This document shows, piece by piece, positions 24,293 to 38,244 of a DNA stretch of 64,000 nt. Within the stretch, counting starts at the first letter, position 1, and each line of letters opens with the position of its first letter. The translations under genes and the position numbers were made by a program. Source of the DNA: Amphiscolops sp. MND2022 (taxonomy: Eukaryota); contig OZ076409.1 of assembly GCA_964187785.1 (NCBI GenBank), forward strand, positions 72,046,001 to 72,110,000. Direction: 5' to 3'. The notes beneath the pieces were generated by a model. It was not told where the DNA came from. It ran no database searches and saw only the letters and a list, made by a program, of their open reading frames with translations.

Positions 24293-27200
24293 GTGGGCGG
24301 GGGTAATTCCCCAACTAAAAAATCGGCCGGCGGGTAGGGTCCTGCCGGCCGTCCAAAATCAAAATTATACTAGTAGAAAACGGCCGGTCAAACGAGCTAT
24401 TTTTTTATTTAACCGTTAGAATTTGGGTTTAGATTGCATGCGGCCATGAAATGGCCATACGAATCGAAGTTCCTGCTGACGATTTGCGATTGAAACACTT
24501 TATAAAAAGTTATGGCCAATTTGTCATTCACCTAGAAGGGCAAAATGAGGAAAATTTTAACAAAGTCGCTGATAACTCAAAATGTAATAATTTTTGGACT
24601 TTGACAGTGAAACAAGCTTGGAACTGTCATTTCGTGGCTGTGGCATTGCACTGAACACAAAAGATGTAAAGTTTTCACATTTTTTGAAAATTCGACATTT
24701 TTGAATTTTTTTCACTACTATCAGTACACTATATGTCAAAAACGCCTCTGAAAAAAATTTTTATTTGCTTAAAATTAGAAACCTTGGTATCCATGGTTTC
24801 CGTCAGTACCTAATCGCTGCCAAACGCTCAACAGTTTGCATCCAATGTGAAAATATAATTTTTTTCGAGGTCATAGGTGTTTCACAAGGATTTCTCAACT
24901 TAGTATCTATTTACAAATTGGTCATTTTGAACACATTATTTTCATCGAAGCGTGTCAGATACCACCCTAATGCTCACAAATGGGCCTACTGGCAACGTTG
25001 GAACCATTTTTAGTAATAGAAAGTATTAAAAAAATATTTTCACCCGGTCTTCAGTCATTTTTCAGACATTCGGTACTTAACTTAGAAAAATTTCGCATCA
25101 AAAACCCATATTTGGTAGGGTCGAAAATTGAAATTCAGTTTTTTATGCAAAATGATTAACTCTGACGTAACCAGTGGAGCCCATGATACTCAAAAACACG
25201 ATTGGGACTGGTATCAGTGGCTCCAATAACATATGAGCCGCGATAAGACGTTATTCAGAGCAAACGCTCTAAATCGAAGTAAACATCTCTGAAGCCTGGG
25301 ATCACAGTGAAATGTGATATCACCAAAAGTTTACTCTTTTTTGTCAATCACTATGTACACAGAGTGCGTAGGGTGAGTTTCAGGACTATAATGAGGTTTT
25401 TGAAGTAATCGCGCTGCTCAAGGGGTGGTATGAGACTATTCTTTCCCATATACTACTACATTTCCATAAATTTGCAGTCCATTGTCTTGGAAAGATAACT
25501 TCACAAAAACAATTTTTCTACTCTATTCAGTTATTAGAATAAAGTTGAACACTGTGGTTGATCAGAAATGCTCAATTCTTTTGGTTTTTAAAAAAATTCC
25601 TTCGCATTCGTTACATTTGTGGAAGGAAGGTTATCAGTAGCTCCAAAAAAAAAACGAAATTTAGCACGAACAGACATGCAACGATGCAAAGCAAAAACGT
25701 TTTTACAACTTCCGACGTCATTATTTTACCCAAGAAGTTCGAAAATATCATTCGCAATGCTGTCATTCGCTATATATACGATCGCGGTCAATTTACAAAC
25801 ATTTAGATTTCATTGTTCTGCTTGAAAACCAATTTTTGTCAGGTCGAAATTTTAAATTTTGCCTGGGTAGCAATACCCTTCACGCTGAAGTAAACAGTGG
25901 GGCCCAAGTTACTCAAAAACAAGAAAGAGACTGCTACAATATGTCCTAATAACATATGGACCACGATAGTACGTTTTTCACACAAAAAACTCTCATCCGA
26001 AGTAAATATGTTGAAAGCTTTTAATCACCGTGAGAAGTGATTTCATCAAAAAATAACTCTTTTTTGTCAATCACTGTTTACACAGAATTTGTAAAGTTAG
26101 TTTGAGTCATGAAATGAGGCTTTACCGTAATATGGGTTGCTCAAGGTGTTATATAAGACAAAAACTTCCTCTTTACTACTAGCTTCTTCAAATATTTCAA
26201 CCCTTTGTCACAATAAGTTAATATTCAAAATCTCTTTGAAATGTATCTTTATGTTGGGGTGAAGTCTAAGAACAATAACTATGATCGAAGAATGATAGTA
26301 CTGGTGTTTGAACCATGTCCGGATGAACAAATCACAAAATCATCAAAAAATTGTTCCCTTTTTTGGTTATTTTGGCAGTACTAAAAATGTTAGCTGATAA
26401 ATAATTTTTTCGATGGCACCATTGGATTCCTCTCAAAAAGTTGGTTATATGACCTGTGTAATAACCCCGTATCTTTTCAATTTAAATATATTTAAAAAGC
26501 CAACTATTTTGACCAAAATCCTAAAAATCATACCATTTCCTAAAAATTTTCAAATGCACCCCATTTGACGTATAAGATAAGCACAGAAAACTATCATATA
26601 CCGATCAACTCTACTCCCATTGTAGATTATTATAATTTTGTTTAGAATGAATTTTGATGGATATTAAAAAAATTTTGAACCCTCCAAAAATGGGCCAAAA
26701 TTACACGAAAAAATTGACCTTAAAATACCAAAATGTCAAAAAATCATCAAAACCACGGCTTCTTGGGGTTCTATTAACTCCGCGTGGTCCACAGAGTATG
26801 CTAAAACAGGATTTACCCGTTTTTGAGCAATATGTGAAAAAGCCGACATTTTTGGGAAAGAAAAACATACCATTTCCTAAAAAAATTCAAATGCACGTCA
26901 TTTGCCGTATTAGAATAGCACAGAAAACTATCACATACCAATCAACTCTACTTTCATTGCAGATGAACAGAATTTTGTTTAGAATAAATTTTACCGGATA
27001 ATAAAAAAAGTTGAATCCTTCAAAAATGGGCCAAAATTACACGAAAAAATGGACATTAAAAATTTAAAATGTCAAAAAATCATCAAAACAACAGCTTCTT
27101 GGGCTTCTATCAACTCCACGAGGTCCACAGAGTATGCTAAAACAGGTTTTACCCGTTTTTGAGCAATATCTGAAAAAGCCGACATTTTTGGGAAAGAAAA

Positions 27201-29054
27201 ACATACCATTTCCTAAAAAAATTCAAATGCACGCCATTTGCCGTATGAAAATAGCACAGAAAACTATCACATACCAATCAACTCTACTTTCATTGCAGAT
27301 GAACAGAATTTTGTTTAGAATAAATTTTACCGGATAATAAAAAAATTTGATTCCTTCTAAAATGGGCCAAAATTACACGAAAAAATGGACCTTAAAATTT
27401 TAAAATGTCAAAAAATCATCAAAACCACGGCTTCTTGTGGTTCTATCAACTCCACGTGGTCCACAGAGTATGCTTAACCCGGTTTTACCCATCTTTGAGC
27501 AAAATGTGAAAATACCGACATTTTTGGAAAAGAAAAACATGCCATTTTCTAATAAATTTCAAATGCACGCCATTTGCTGTATGAGAATAACACAGAAAGC
27601 TGTCACATACCGATCAACTCTACTTCCATTGTAGATTATCAGAAGTTTGTTTAGAATAAATTTTGATGGATAATAAAAAAAATTGAATCCATCAAAAATG
27701 GGCCAAAATTACACGAAAAAATTGACCTTAAAATATCAAAATGTCAAAAAATCATCAAAACCACAGTTTCTTGGCGTTCTATCAACTCCATATGATACCA
27801 AACCAGGTACTGCCAATCGTTTGAGTTATAATAAAAAAACGTCTTTTTTGGCAAGAATTCCATACCATAAATAATAATCATGTTCCATATAAGAAGCGAA
27901 TCATTTCAGATATATACCCTGTTCATTTTTTTAATATTACCGATTATTAATTTAATAGATGTTTTGAATGTGAGCTTCCTAAAAGGTTCAGGTGTGATGA
28001 TACGTAAATAGAACCTTAGTTTCATCGAAATCTCAATTGAATATGTCCAATCTTAACCATCAGATAACAAGAAACACTTAAGTACATTCCATCTCCCCAT
28101 CGGGGGAGATGAGAATGTACTTTCGAGAAGCCAAATACGTCCAACATTCAAACTTTTGTAACTTTGTATGTAACTCCTGAAACGAAGAAGGAATAAAATT
28201 GTTTCTGGTACATACATGAGTCTTTACTTCAGCTTCTATTTCTGCTGAACAAAACCATTCGACTCTTTTGCCGGAGTTAAGATCGATTGTATTACCCAGT
28301 GAACAAAGGCATGACTGAAAACGTTTACTAATTTGTTCATAATTTTCCGGCCTTCCGAAATGATGAAACGTCCACATAACTAAGATAGCAAGTGAATGAC
28401 TGCGAAATGCACCTTATTAGATGAGGTAAATAACGTGTAAAACTCTCCTTTATCCTAACATGAGGTTGAGTAATGATCATTTGAGAATAGTTTGATATGT
28501 GAATACAATAGTATAAAACCAGTACATTTTATATGAATAACGCCGTGGAAAGCGTTCAGAAAGGACAGTAGGCTTGTTTGGAACATGTATGTGTGGTGTC
28601 CCTTGGTGGCGTTCGCTTAGTGTATATGTCGAGGGGTATTCGAGTTGTTATGATAGAATTTACACACAAGTGTTTTGTTTTTTGGTTTTTTTAAAATGTC
28701 GTTAAGTACCTGCATTCTATCCCCTTCTCAGAGATGACGTGAAGTTACGTTTGCTAAATAAATGTCATCGAAAGATCACACTCCCGACGAAATTAACTAT
28801 CTTAACACGTGTTTAGAATTTTGAATAAACAACCGTATAAGATTTTTATATTTCATTGAGTTTGATGGAGTCTTTTGTTCTTCTCACTACTATTTCAACC
28901 AATACACATATCCGTTACCATATCACATGTCTTCATTAGTACAACGCCACATAGCGTTCCGACGCCCACAGTCTGTGGGCATGCCGAGGCATGCCCTTCG
29001 ACGACGTATGGCAAATGGAGCCATGCCCGCCGTCTTTACGGCGGTAGCGGCTAG
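24293..29054 (+). mobile_element. Unit 12, family BL (subtype 2), 4762 bp
   Basis: Bounded by GCTAGGTG; ~336-bp repeats, H2 at 28081-28121; near-identical to unit 20. Confidence 0.75.
26529..27860 (+). repeat. ~336-bp tandem repeat block in unit 12 (end approximate)
   Basis: Same repeat family as 5096-6430. Confidence 0.85.
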
Positions 29055-31032
29055 GTGGGCGGGGATTTCACCCCAAAAAAAACTAGAGCGGCGGGTAGGG
29101 TCCTGCCGCGAACTCCCAAAACAGCTAACGCTTATAAGAAAAAGCACACCCTCAACAGCCGATTTTAAAATCTAACCGTACGATTCTTCTCATTTTTTGC
29201 ATGCGGCCCTAATTTGCCCATACGAGACGAAGTTCCTGCTGACGTTAAGCCCTAAAAACATTATAAAAAAAGTTATGGCCAATTTTTGGTCCCCATTAGA
29301 TGTAAAAATGATGAAATTTTTCATAAAAGGGCAAATATCTCAAAATGCAATAATTTTTGGACATTGACTGTGAAACAAGCTTGGAACCTTCATTTCGTGG
29401 CTGTGGCATTGCACTGAACACAAAAGATGTAAAGTTTTTACATTTTTCGAAAATTTGACATTTTTGAAATTTTTTTCACTACTATCAGTACCATATATGT
29501 CAAAAACACCTCAGAAAAAAATTTTTATTTGCTTTAACTTGGAAACCTTGGTATCCATGGTTTCTGTCGGAACCTACTCGCAGCCAAACACCCAACAGTT
29601 TGCATCCAATGTTAAAATAAAAATTTTTTCTGGGTCATAAGCGTTTCACAAGGATTTCTCAACTTAGTATTAATTTACAAAATGGTCATTTTGAACACAA
29701 GATTTTCATCGAGGCTTGTCGGCTATAGCCTTAATGTTCTAGAACGGTCCCACTGGCAACGTAGGAACCATTTATAGTAATAGAAAGTTTTAAAAAATCT
29801 TTTCACCCGGTCTTCAGTCATTTTTCAGTCATTCGACACTTAACTTAGAAAAATTTCGTCTCAAAAACCCATTTTTCGTCAGGTCGAAATTTGAAATTCA
29901 GCTTTTGAAGCACAAATATGCACTCTGACGTAACCAGTGGGGCCAATGATACTCAACAACACCATTGAGACTGGTATCAGTGGCTCCAATAACATATGAG
30001 CCGCGATAAGACGTTATTTTTAACAAAACTGTTCATATGAAGTAAACATCTCGGAACCCTTGAATCACAGTGAATGTTGATTTGAACAAAAATTTATTCT
30101 TTTTTGTCAATCACTATGTACACAGAATGCGTACGGTGAGTTTCAGCACTACTATGAGGATTTTGAAGGAATCGGGTTGCTCAAGGCGTGGTATGAGACA
30201 CTTTTGTCTCATATACTACTGCATTTTTGAATAACTTTTCGCACAATATCTCACAAAGCAAACCTAAAAAATACTTTCCGATACTTAATTCACTTCTTAG
30301 AATATGATTGAACATTGTGGTTGATCAAAAACTCTCAACTCTTATGTTTTTCAATAAATATCCCTTCGCATGTGTCCCATTTGTATCATTAAAAAAACAT
30401 GAAGCTAAAAAAATACGCTATTTTGCTAAGATAGAATTACAAGTATTGTAACCAATATATCTTTAAATACTTCTAACGCCACCTTACGGACCCAAGATGA
30501 TTGGAAATACTGTTCACAAGGATCACATGTGCTCTTTCTGCGATCCAGGCTGCTCATTTTTTGCTTAGTTCACATGTAGCTGTTAACTGTATCTTGTGAT
30601 AGCCTTTTAAGTTGGCCTTGTGTCAACTTGTGAAGGCTATCACATCAAAAAACTATAAACAAAAGTACGTTTTGTTTACAGGGTATAGCTTTCGATAGTT
30701 ATTTTTGTGATTCTGTCCAACGTTGGTACCTTCCATGATGTCAGCTAATGATAGCATTCAGTCTTTGATAAAAACCTATGAACTCCAAGCACATTTAGAT
30801 ATTTTTTGCTATAAAAAGTCATCAAAAAGATCAAAATTATTTAATATAGAGTCTTTAACGTTTTTATTTTTCGTTTTTCTACTGTTGTTAGGCCCATGAA
30901 CATCTTACAGCCACGCTCTCTGTCATTAGTACAACGCCACATAGTGTTGCGACGTCCACCGTCCGTGGGCATGCCGAGGCATGCCCTTCGACGACGTATG
31001 CCAAATATACGCGTTAGCGCGGTAGCAGCTAG
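29055..31032 (+). mobile_element. Unit 13, family BS, 1978 bp
   Basis: Bounded by GCTAGGTG; homologous to units 4 and 10. Confidence 0.75.
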
Positions 31033-33003
31033 GTGCGGGGGGGTAACCCCAACAAATATATTGGAGGATTCGGGTAGGGTCCTGAATCCGATTTTAACTC
31101 TAATAGCTATCGATAGGAAATCTTGCAAAAATTTCGGGATCTCGTGATCTAACCATAGGATTTTAAAGTTGGAGCGGCCCCCACCAGATTTTCCGAAAAT
31201 TAGCGCCCCCCACCGGGTTCCAGCGTGATTGAAATATTTTGACGGGGTACACGGGCGACCGTTAGGGGTCATTTTGGGGGTAAAATTTATATCCGGTCGC
31301 ATAACTTTTTTTCTGTTGATTTAAAACTTTGGAACCCTGCTAAAAGTTTCTTGACCGTGTTGCAGGGGCCCCGAAGGTCCAAACCAAATTTTTCTATCTT
31401 GAAGCTATCTCCAAGTACCCCCCCGCTCAAACCGTTATTTTTCCGGAAACGCAGGTTTTTGACCCGGAAGGAGTCGTCTGAGCGCGGGGTCGTTCGGTGA
31501 TGTATTGGGGACGGCCTTGAGACGAAGTGGGGGACAAGTAGTTTGCCAACCTCAATTTACCCCCCGGACGGGAAATGACCGTTATATGAGCGTGAAAAAT
31601 GCCCCCCTCCACGTTTTACCGCTATTTCCGGTGTGAAGGAGTGGGAGTAGCGCGTCGGGTGTTATATAACAAAAGTAGGTTTAGACAAGGACCTATCGGA
31701 AACATGTAGTTTGGGACCCCCTGGACCAACCCGTTAGCGGGAAATGGGGCTTCCGCCTCCTTTTTTTAGTGCTAAAACCGTAAAATGGGCATTGAGGGGT
31801 AAATATCTCGTGAACGCGTGGAGCAATCGTGTCCATCACTACTACAAGGTTTCATACCCATGATATGGTGCCTTCAGGGGGGCAAACAGATTTCCGCTAT
31901 CTATCACCGTTACCGACTTGGCCCCCCAGCCTAACCGCTATGTGACCGGAAATGTCACTTTTTGAGCCCAAAGGGTCGGTCCCAGCCGGGGAACGTCAGG
32001 TAACTTATTGTAGTACTCAATGAGACGAGTTGGGGGATGTAGTTTCAGTCACCCCCCGTTACCCCTTGGGACCGGAAATGACCGTTATGTGGGTAAAATT
32101 GCAATTTTTATACTTTTTCAAGTGTATTTAGGTGCGGAAGGAGTGGTAATAGGTGCTTGGACACTATATGAGGTAAGGGAGGACGTGAGGCGAGCATTCG
32201 GAAATAACCGTTATGTTGACCCTAAAGTCCCCCTGGTACCGTAAACGACCGGAAATGGTCAAATTTTGTGTCTATTGGGTACAAATGTTTTGTATTTTGT
32301 AGATAAAAGTATCTATTAGGTGTTTCGACGGTCTACAGTAGTGAACATAGTCATGAAACCTTGTGGGGGGTAACGGTATATAGCACCGGAAGTCAAACCG
32401 TTGGAGACAGGATAGGTTTTTTGGTTTTAAAATGTCTTTCGGCGTAATTTTTTCGACTCTTGTGGACTATTTTTAAAAATTAAAGTTTTTCCATATAGTT
32501 TCAGAGACTCCGAAACCTCAACCAACATAACCGTTACCTTATGATAGCCTTTCAAGTTGGCCTGGTGTCAACTTGGAAGCGCTATCCTTCTGAAATCGTT
32601 AATCAAGAGTGTTTTTGGGTAGGTATATATTGCATTAGTACCAATTAGAGCTTCATCAACAGTGTATCAACGACAAAAACTATGCCGTCATGATTCCATT
32701 ATTAGAATCATAGTGAGCAAATTGTTGAAAAAAATGGTTTTTTCCATACAAAATGTGTCCTAAATGCCAGGAAACCTATTTACCTAACAAATGGTATTAA
32801 TTGGAATGTTTGTAACAGATTTATAAAAGTTCAAATTGAATATTACATTTCATTATGGAAGCTGAAACGTCATATTTTAGTTTAATTAACGTCAACGCCA
32901 CACACTTTACATCAACGCACACCGTCTGTGGGCATGCCGAGGCATGCCCTTCGACGACGTATGACAAATCCTTATCAAACGACGCCCGTACATCCCGGGC
33001 TAG
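31033..33003 (+). mobile_element. Unit 14, family A, 1971 bp
   Basis: Bounded by GCTAGGTG; homologous to units 6 and 7. Confidence 0.75.
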
Positions 33004-34279
33004 GTGGTCGTTAGCATGGGATTTTCTTTATGAGCGTAGTCCACTTTTTTTAGGCCGGGGTAGGGTCCCGGGCCGTTACCAATTTCTTACGGAGGAAAAA
33101 TGTGAAAATCTGCGAGTTTAAAAAATTGGCCCGTACGATTTGGCTGAAAATTGGCATACAGCATCGTCTTGGGAAACAAATGACTTTGTCCTAGTGTCAT
33201 TTTGCCCAGAAAATTCAAAAAGTTGGTCAAATTGAAAATTTTTTGTCCGTCCAAGGCAAAAATTTGACTTTTTCGCTTTTTTTGGCCAATTTTCTCAGAA
33301 TTGGTTGATTTTGGTGCAGTGAGTCATAAGAGGTTATAAGGTCTGCAAGTAGCCATCAATCGGCTTGCAAAATCAGATTTTGTCAAAAGTGTTTAGTTTT
33401 TTCAAAAATTCACACTTTTTTTTTATTTCAATGTTTTTTGATACACTTTATTGAATTTTTTCTAAGTTTCACTAAATTTTTTTAAAAATGTTTTAAAACA
33501 CTTTTTTTGCACGTTTTTGATGTTTTTCGCTCTCCCATACAGGTTTTCGCATACGGGGAAACTGAATCTGGCAACGAAATAACTTTATTCTGCAGTTCAA
33601 CTTTCGCCATTTTTAATTGTTGAAAAATCACTTATTTTCAACCTAACGAGTGAAAATATCAGATTTTAAAAACATAAAGTTGAGTTTAAGGAGACTTACA
33701 GGTGGAAACAAATGCTCAGAAACAAATAGATTTCTTGTATTAGCCAAAGAAAGCCTTTAAAATTCTTTTTACTTTCTTTAAATCAAAATTCAACTATTTT
33801 TAGGAAATTTGGCAGTGAAAAAAATTTATAATTTTTAAATAAAAAACTTGCTTTGTTGGTCATTTGCGTTTGTCATTATTATCTGTGTAATTCACCAACA
33901 CGTTTCAAGTATTTTGACCCAATTTGAAAATTTTTGATACTGCATAATCTATCCGAGAGAACGAAACAGTTGTGTACATTCCATCTCCCTCCTGGGGGAG
34001 ATGAGAATGTACTTGCCAAAGTCCAGGTACTACAGACCATATTTGTTTTTATGCGACGCCGTCTATACTAGTGCACATGAATACAAATTGTTTGTCTGAA
34101 TTTTACTTCTGACTTGACGTATGCTGTACGTTTGGTACTGACAATACCCATCATATACATAACAAGCGTCAACGCCACATACCCTTACCAACGCCCATAG
34201 TCCGTAGGCATGCCGAGGCATGCCTTTCGACGACGCGCGCCAAACACAAGCGCGCCCGCACTTTTGCGGTAGCGGCTAG
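33004..34279 (+). mobile_element. Unit 15, family D (single copy in window), 1276 bp
   Basis: Bounded by GCTAGGTG; unique AT-rich body but left hairpin 33053-33074, H2 33974-34012 and the standard right end are present. Confidence 0.7.
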
Positions 34280-36260
34280 GTGGGCGGGGGTAATTCCCCT
34301 TCAAAAAATTCGGCCGGCGGGTTGGGTCCTGCCGGACGTCAAATAGCAGAAAATACCTATTAGGAAACGGCGACACAAAACGGCGATTTTTAAATCTAAC
34401 CACAATTTTTTGGACTTGGAGTGCATGCGGCCCTGAAATGCCCATACGAATCGAAGTTCCTGCTGACGTTAAGCGATTGAAATAATATATAAAAAGTTAT
34501 GGCCCATTTTTGGGTCACCGAGAAGGGCAAAATGAGGAAAATTTTAACTAAGTCGCTGATAACTCAAAATGTGTTAATTTTTGGACATTGACTGTGAAAC
34601 AAGCTTGGAACCTTCATTTCGTGGCTGTGGCATTGCACTGAACACAAAAGATGTAAAGTTTTTACATTTTTTGAAAATTCGACATTTTTGAATTTTTTTT
34701 CACTAGTATCAGCACCCCATATGTCAAAAACGCCTCAGAAAAAAATTTTTATTTGCTTTAAATTGGAAACCTTGGTATCCATGGTTTCTGTCGGAACCTA
34801 CTCGCAGCCAAACACCCAACAGTTTGCATCCAATGTGAAAATAAAAATTTTTTATGGGTCATAAGCGTTTCACAAGGATTTCTCAACTTAGTATTAATTT
34901 ACAAAATGGTCATTTTGAACACAAAATTTTCATCGAGGCTTGTCGGCTATAGGCTTAATGTTCTAGAACGGTCCCACTGGCAACGTAGGAACCATTTATA
35001 GTAATTGAAAGTTATAAAAAAAATTTTTCACCCGTTCTTCAGTCATTTTTCAGACATTCCGAACTTAACTTAGAAAAATTTCGACCAAAATATCCATTTT
35101 TTGTCAGGTCGAAAAATCAAATTCAGATTTTTAAGCAAAATTATTAACTCTGACGTAACCCATGGGGCCCATGATACTCAAAACAACGATTGACACTGGT
35201 ATCAATGGCTCCAATAACATATGAGTCGCGATAAGACGTTATTTTGAGCAATACGTCTCAATTGAGGTAAACATCTCGCAAGCCTGGGATCACAGTGAAA
35301 TGTAAATTCATCAAAAATTTACTCATTTTTGTCAATCACTATGTGCACAGAGTGCGTAGGGTGAGTTCCAGCACTATAATGAGGTTTTTGAAGGCATCGG
35401 GTTGCTCAAGGGGTGGTATGAGACATTTTTTTCTATATACTACTGTATTTTCCAAAACCTTTAGCCCATTATCTGGAAAAACTAACTTGACAAAATACTT
35501 TCAATGATTTTATTCAAAGGCTACAATGTAGATGAACCCAGTGGTTGATCAGAAACTTTCATCTCTTTCGTTTTCCGAAATATTTCCCTTCGCATGTGTT
35601 ACATTTGTAGCAGAAAAAAAATCGAAACTGAAAAATACGCTATTTTGCTAATATAGAATCGCAATGATTGTGCCTAAAAACTCTTTAAACACTTCTAACG
35701 CGACCTTACGCACCCAAAATGATCAAAAATGCTATTCACAATGGTGACATGTGCTCTTTCAACGATCCTGACTGAACAATTTTCGCAAATTATTCAAGTA
35801 CCTGTTAACTGAATCTCGTGATAGCCTTTTAAGTTGGCCTTGTGTCAACTTGGGAAGGCTATCACATCAAAAAATTTTCAACAAAAATACTTTTTGTTTA
35901 TTGGAAATGACAGTCGATATATAATTTCGTGATACTATACTACCGTTAGTACCTCCATTAAGTCACCTGACGATTGCTTTCAGTCTTTGATAAATACCTA
36001 TGAACTCGAAGTCTTATTTATAAATTTTGTGCTAAAAATAAACATCAAAACTATCCAAATTATTTAAAATTGAGTCTTTACCGTTTTTGTTTTTCTTTTT
36101 CTACTGTTATTAGGCTCATCAACTTCCTACAGCCACGCTCTCTGTCATTAGTACAACGCCACATAGTGTTGCGACGTGCACGGTCTGTGGGCATGCCGAG
36201 GCATGCCCTTCGACGACGTATGCCGAATACCGCGGGCCTACGCCCGCGCTCCCCGGCTAG
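34280..36260 (+). mobile_element. Unit 16, family BS, 1981 bp
   Basis: Bounded by GCTAGGTG; homologous to unit 11. Confidence 0.75.
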
Positions 36261-38244
36261 GTGGGCGGGGGTAATTCCCCAACAAAAATTACGGCCGGCG
36301 GGTTGGGTCCTGCCGGACGTCAAATAGTGTGAAACATCCAGTAGGAAACGGCGACATAAATCAGCGATTTTAAAATTTAACCGTTAGAATTCGGACTTGG
36401 AGTGCATGCGGCCCCAAAATGCCCATACGAATCGAAGTTCCTGCTGACGTTAAGCGATAAAAACACTTTATAAAAAGTTATGGCCCATTTTACGTTCACT
36501 TAGAGAGGTAAAATGAGGAAAATTTTAACAAAGTTGCTGATAACTCAAAATACATTAATTTTTGGACTTTGACTGTGAAACAAGCTTGGAACCTTCATTT
36601 CGTGGCTGTGGCATTGCACTGAACACAAAAGATGTAAAGTTTTTACATTTTTTGAAAATTCGACATTTTTGAAATTTTTTTCACTACTATCAGTACCCCA
36701 TATGTCAAAAACGCCTCAGAAAATTTTTTTTATTTGCTTTAACTTGGAAACCTTGGTATCCATGGTTTTTGTCGGAACCTACTCGCAGCCAAACACCCAA
36801 CAGTTTGCATCCAATGTGAAAATAAATTTTTTTCGGGGTCATAAGCGTTTCACAAGGATTTCTCAACTTAGTATTAATTTACAAATTGGTCATTTTGAAC
36901 ACACTATTTTCATCGAGGCTTGTCGGCTATAGCCTTAATGTTCTAGAACGGTCCCACTGGCAACGTATGAACCATTTATAGTAATAGAAAGTTTTAAAAA
37001 AATATTTTCACCCGGTCTTCAGTCATTTTTCAGTCATTCGGAACTTAACTTAGAAAAATTTCGACCAAAATACCCATTTTTTGTCAGGTCGAAAATTCAA
37101 AATCAGATTTTTAAGCAAAATTATTAAGTCTGACGTAACCCATCGGGCCCATGATACTCAAAACAACGATTGACACTGGTATCAATGGCTCCAATAACAT
37201 ATGAGTCGCGATAAGACGTTATTTTGAGCAATACGTCTCAATTGAGGTAAACATCTCGCAAGCCAGCGATCACTGTAAAATGCGATTTCATCAAAAATTT
37301 ACCCATATTTGTCAATCACTATGTGCACAGAATGCGTAGGGTGCGTTTCAGCATTATAATGAGGTTTTTGAAGGCATCGAGTTGCTCAAGGGGTGGTATG
37401 AGACATTTTTGTCCCATATACTACTGTATTTTCCAAAATTTTTAGCCCAATATCTGGAAATACAAACTTGACAAAATACTTTCAACTACTTTACTCAAAG
37501 GTTACATTATAGATGAACACTGTGGTTGATCAGAAACTTTCATCTCTTTCGTTTTCCGAAATATTTCCCTTCGCATGTGTTATATTTGTAGCAGAAAAAA
37601 AATCGAAACTGAAAAATACGCTATTTTGGTAATATAGAATCGCAATGATTGTGCCTAAAAACTCTTTAAACACTTCTAACACAACTTTACGCACCCAAAA
37701 TGATCAAAAATGCTATTCACAATGGTGACATGTGCTCTTTCTACGATCCTGGCTGAACAAGGTTTGCATATTTTTCAAGTACCTGTCAGCTGAATCTTGT
37801 GATAGCCTTTTAAGTTGGCCTTGTGTCAACTTGGGAAGGCTATCACATCAAACAACCATCAACAAAAATAGTTTTTGTTTATTGGATATTACAGTCGATA
37901 CGTTTTTTCGTGATTCTATACTACCGTTAGTACATTCCATCAGGTCACCTTACGATTGCATTCACTCTTTGATAAAAACATATGAACTCAAAGTCACATT
38001 TATATACTTTTGGCCCAACAAAAGTATCAAAAACATCTAAAACATAAAAAATAAAGTCTTTAACATTTTTACGTTTCAAGTTTCTGCCGTTATTAAGCCA
38101 ATCAACTTCCTACAGCCACGCTCTCTGTCATACTGTACAACGCCACATAGTGTTGCGACGTGCACGGTCTGTGGGCATGCCGAGGCATGCCCTTCGACGA
38201 CGTATGCCGAATACCGCGGGCCTACGCCCGCGCTCCCCGGCTAG
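36261..38244 (+). mobile_element. Unit 17, family BS, 1984 bp
   Basis: Bounded by GCTAGGTG; homologous to unit 11. Confidence 0.75.
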
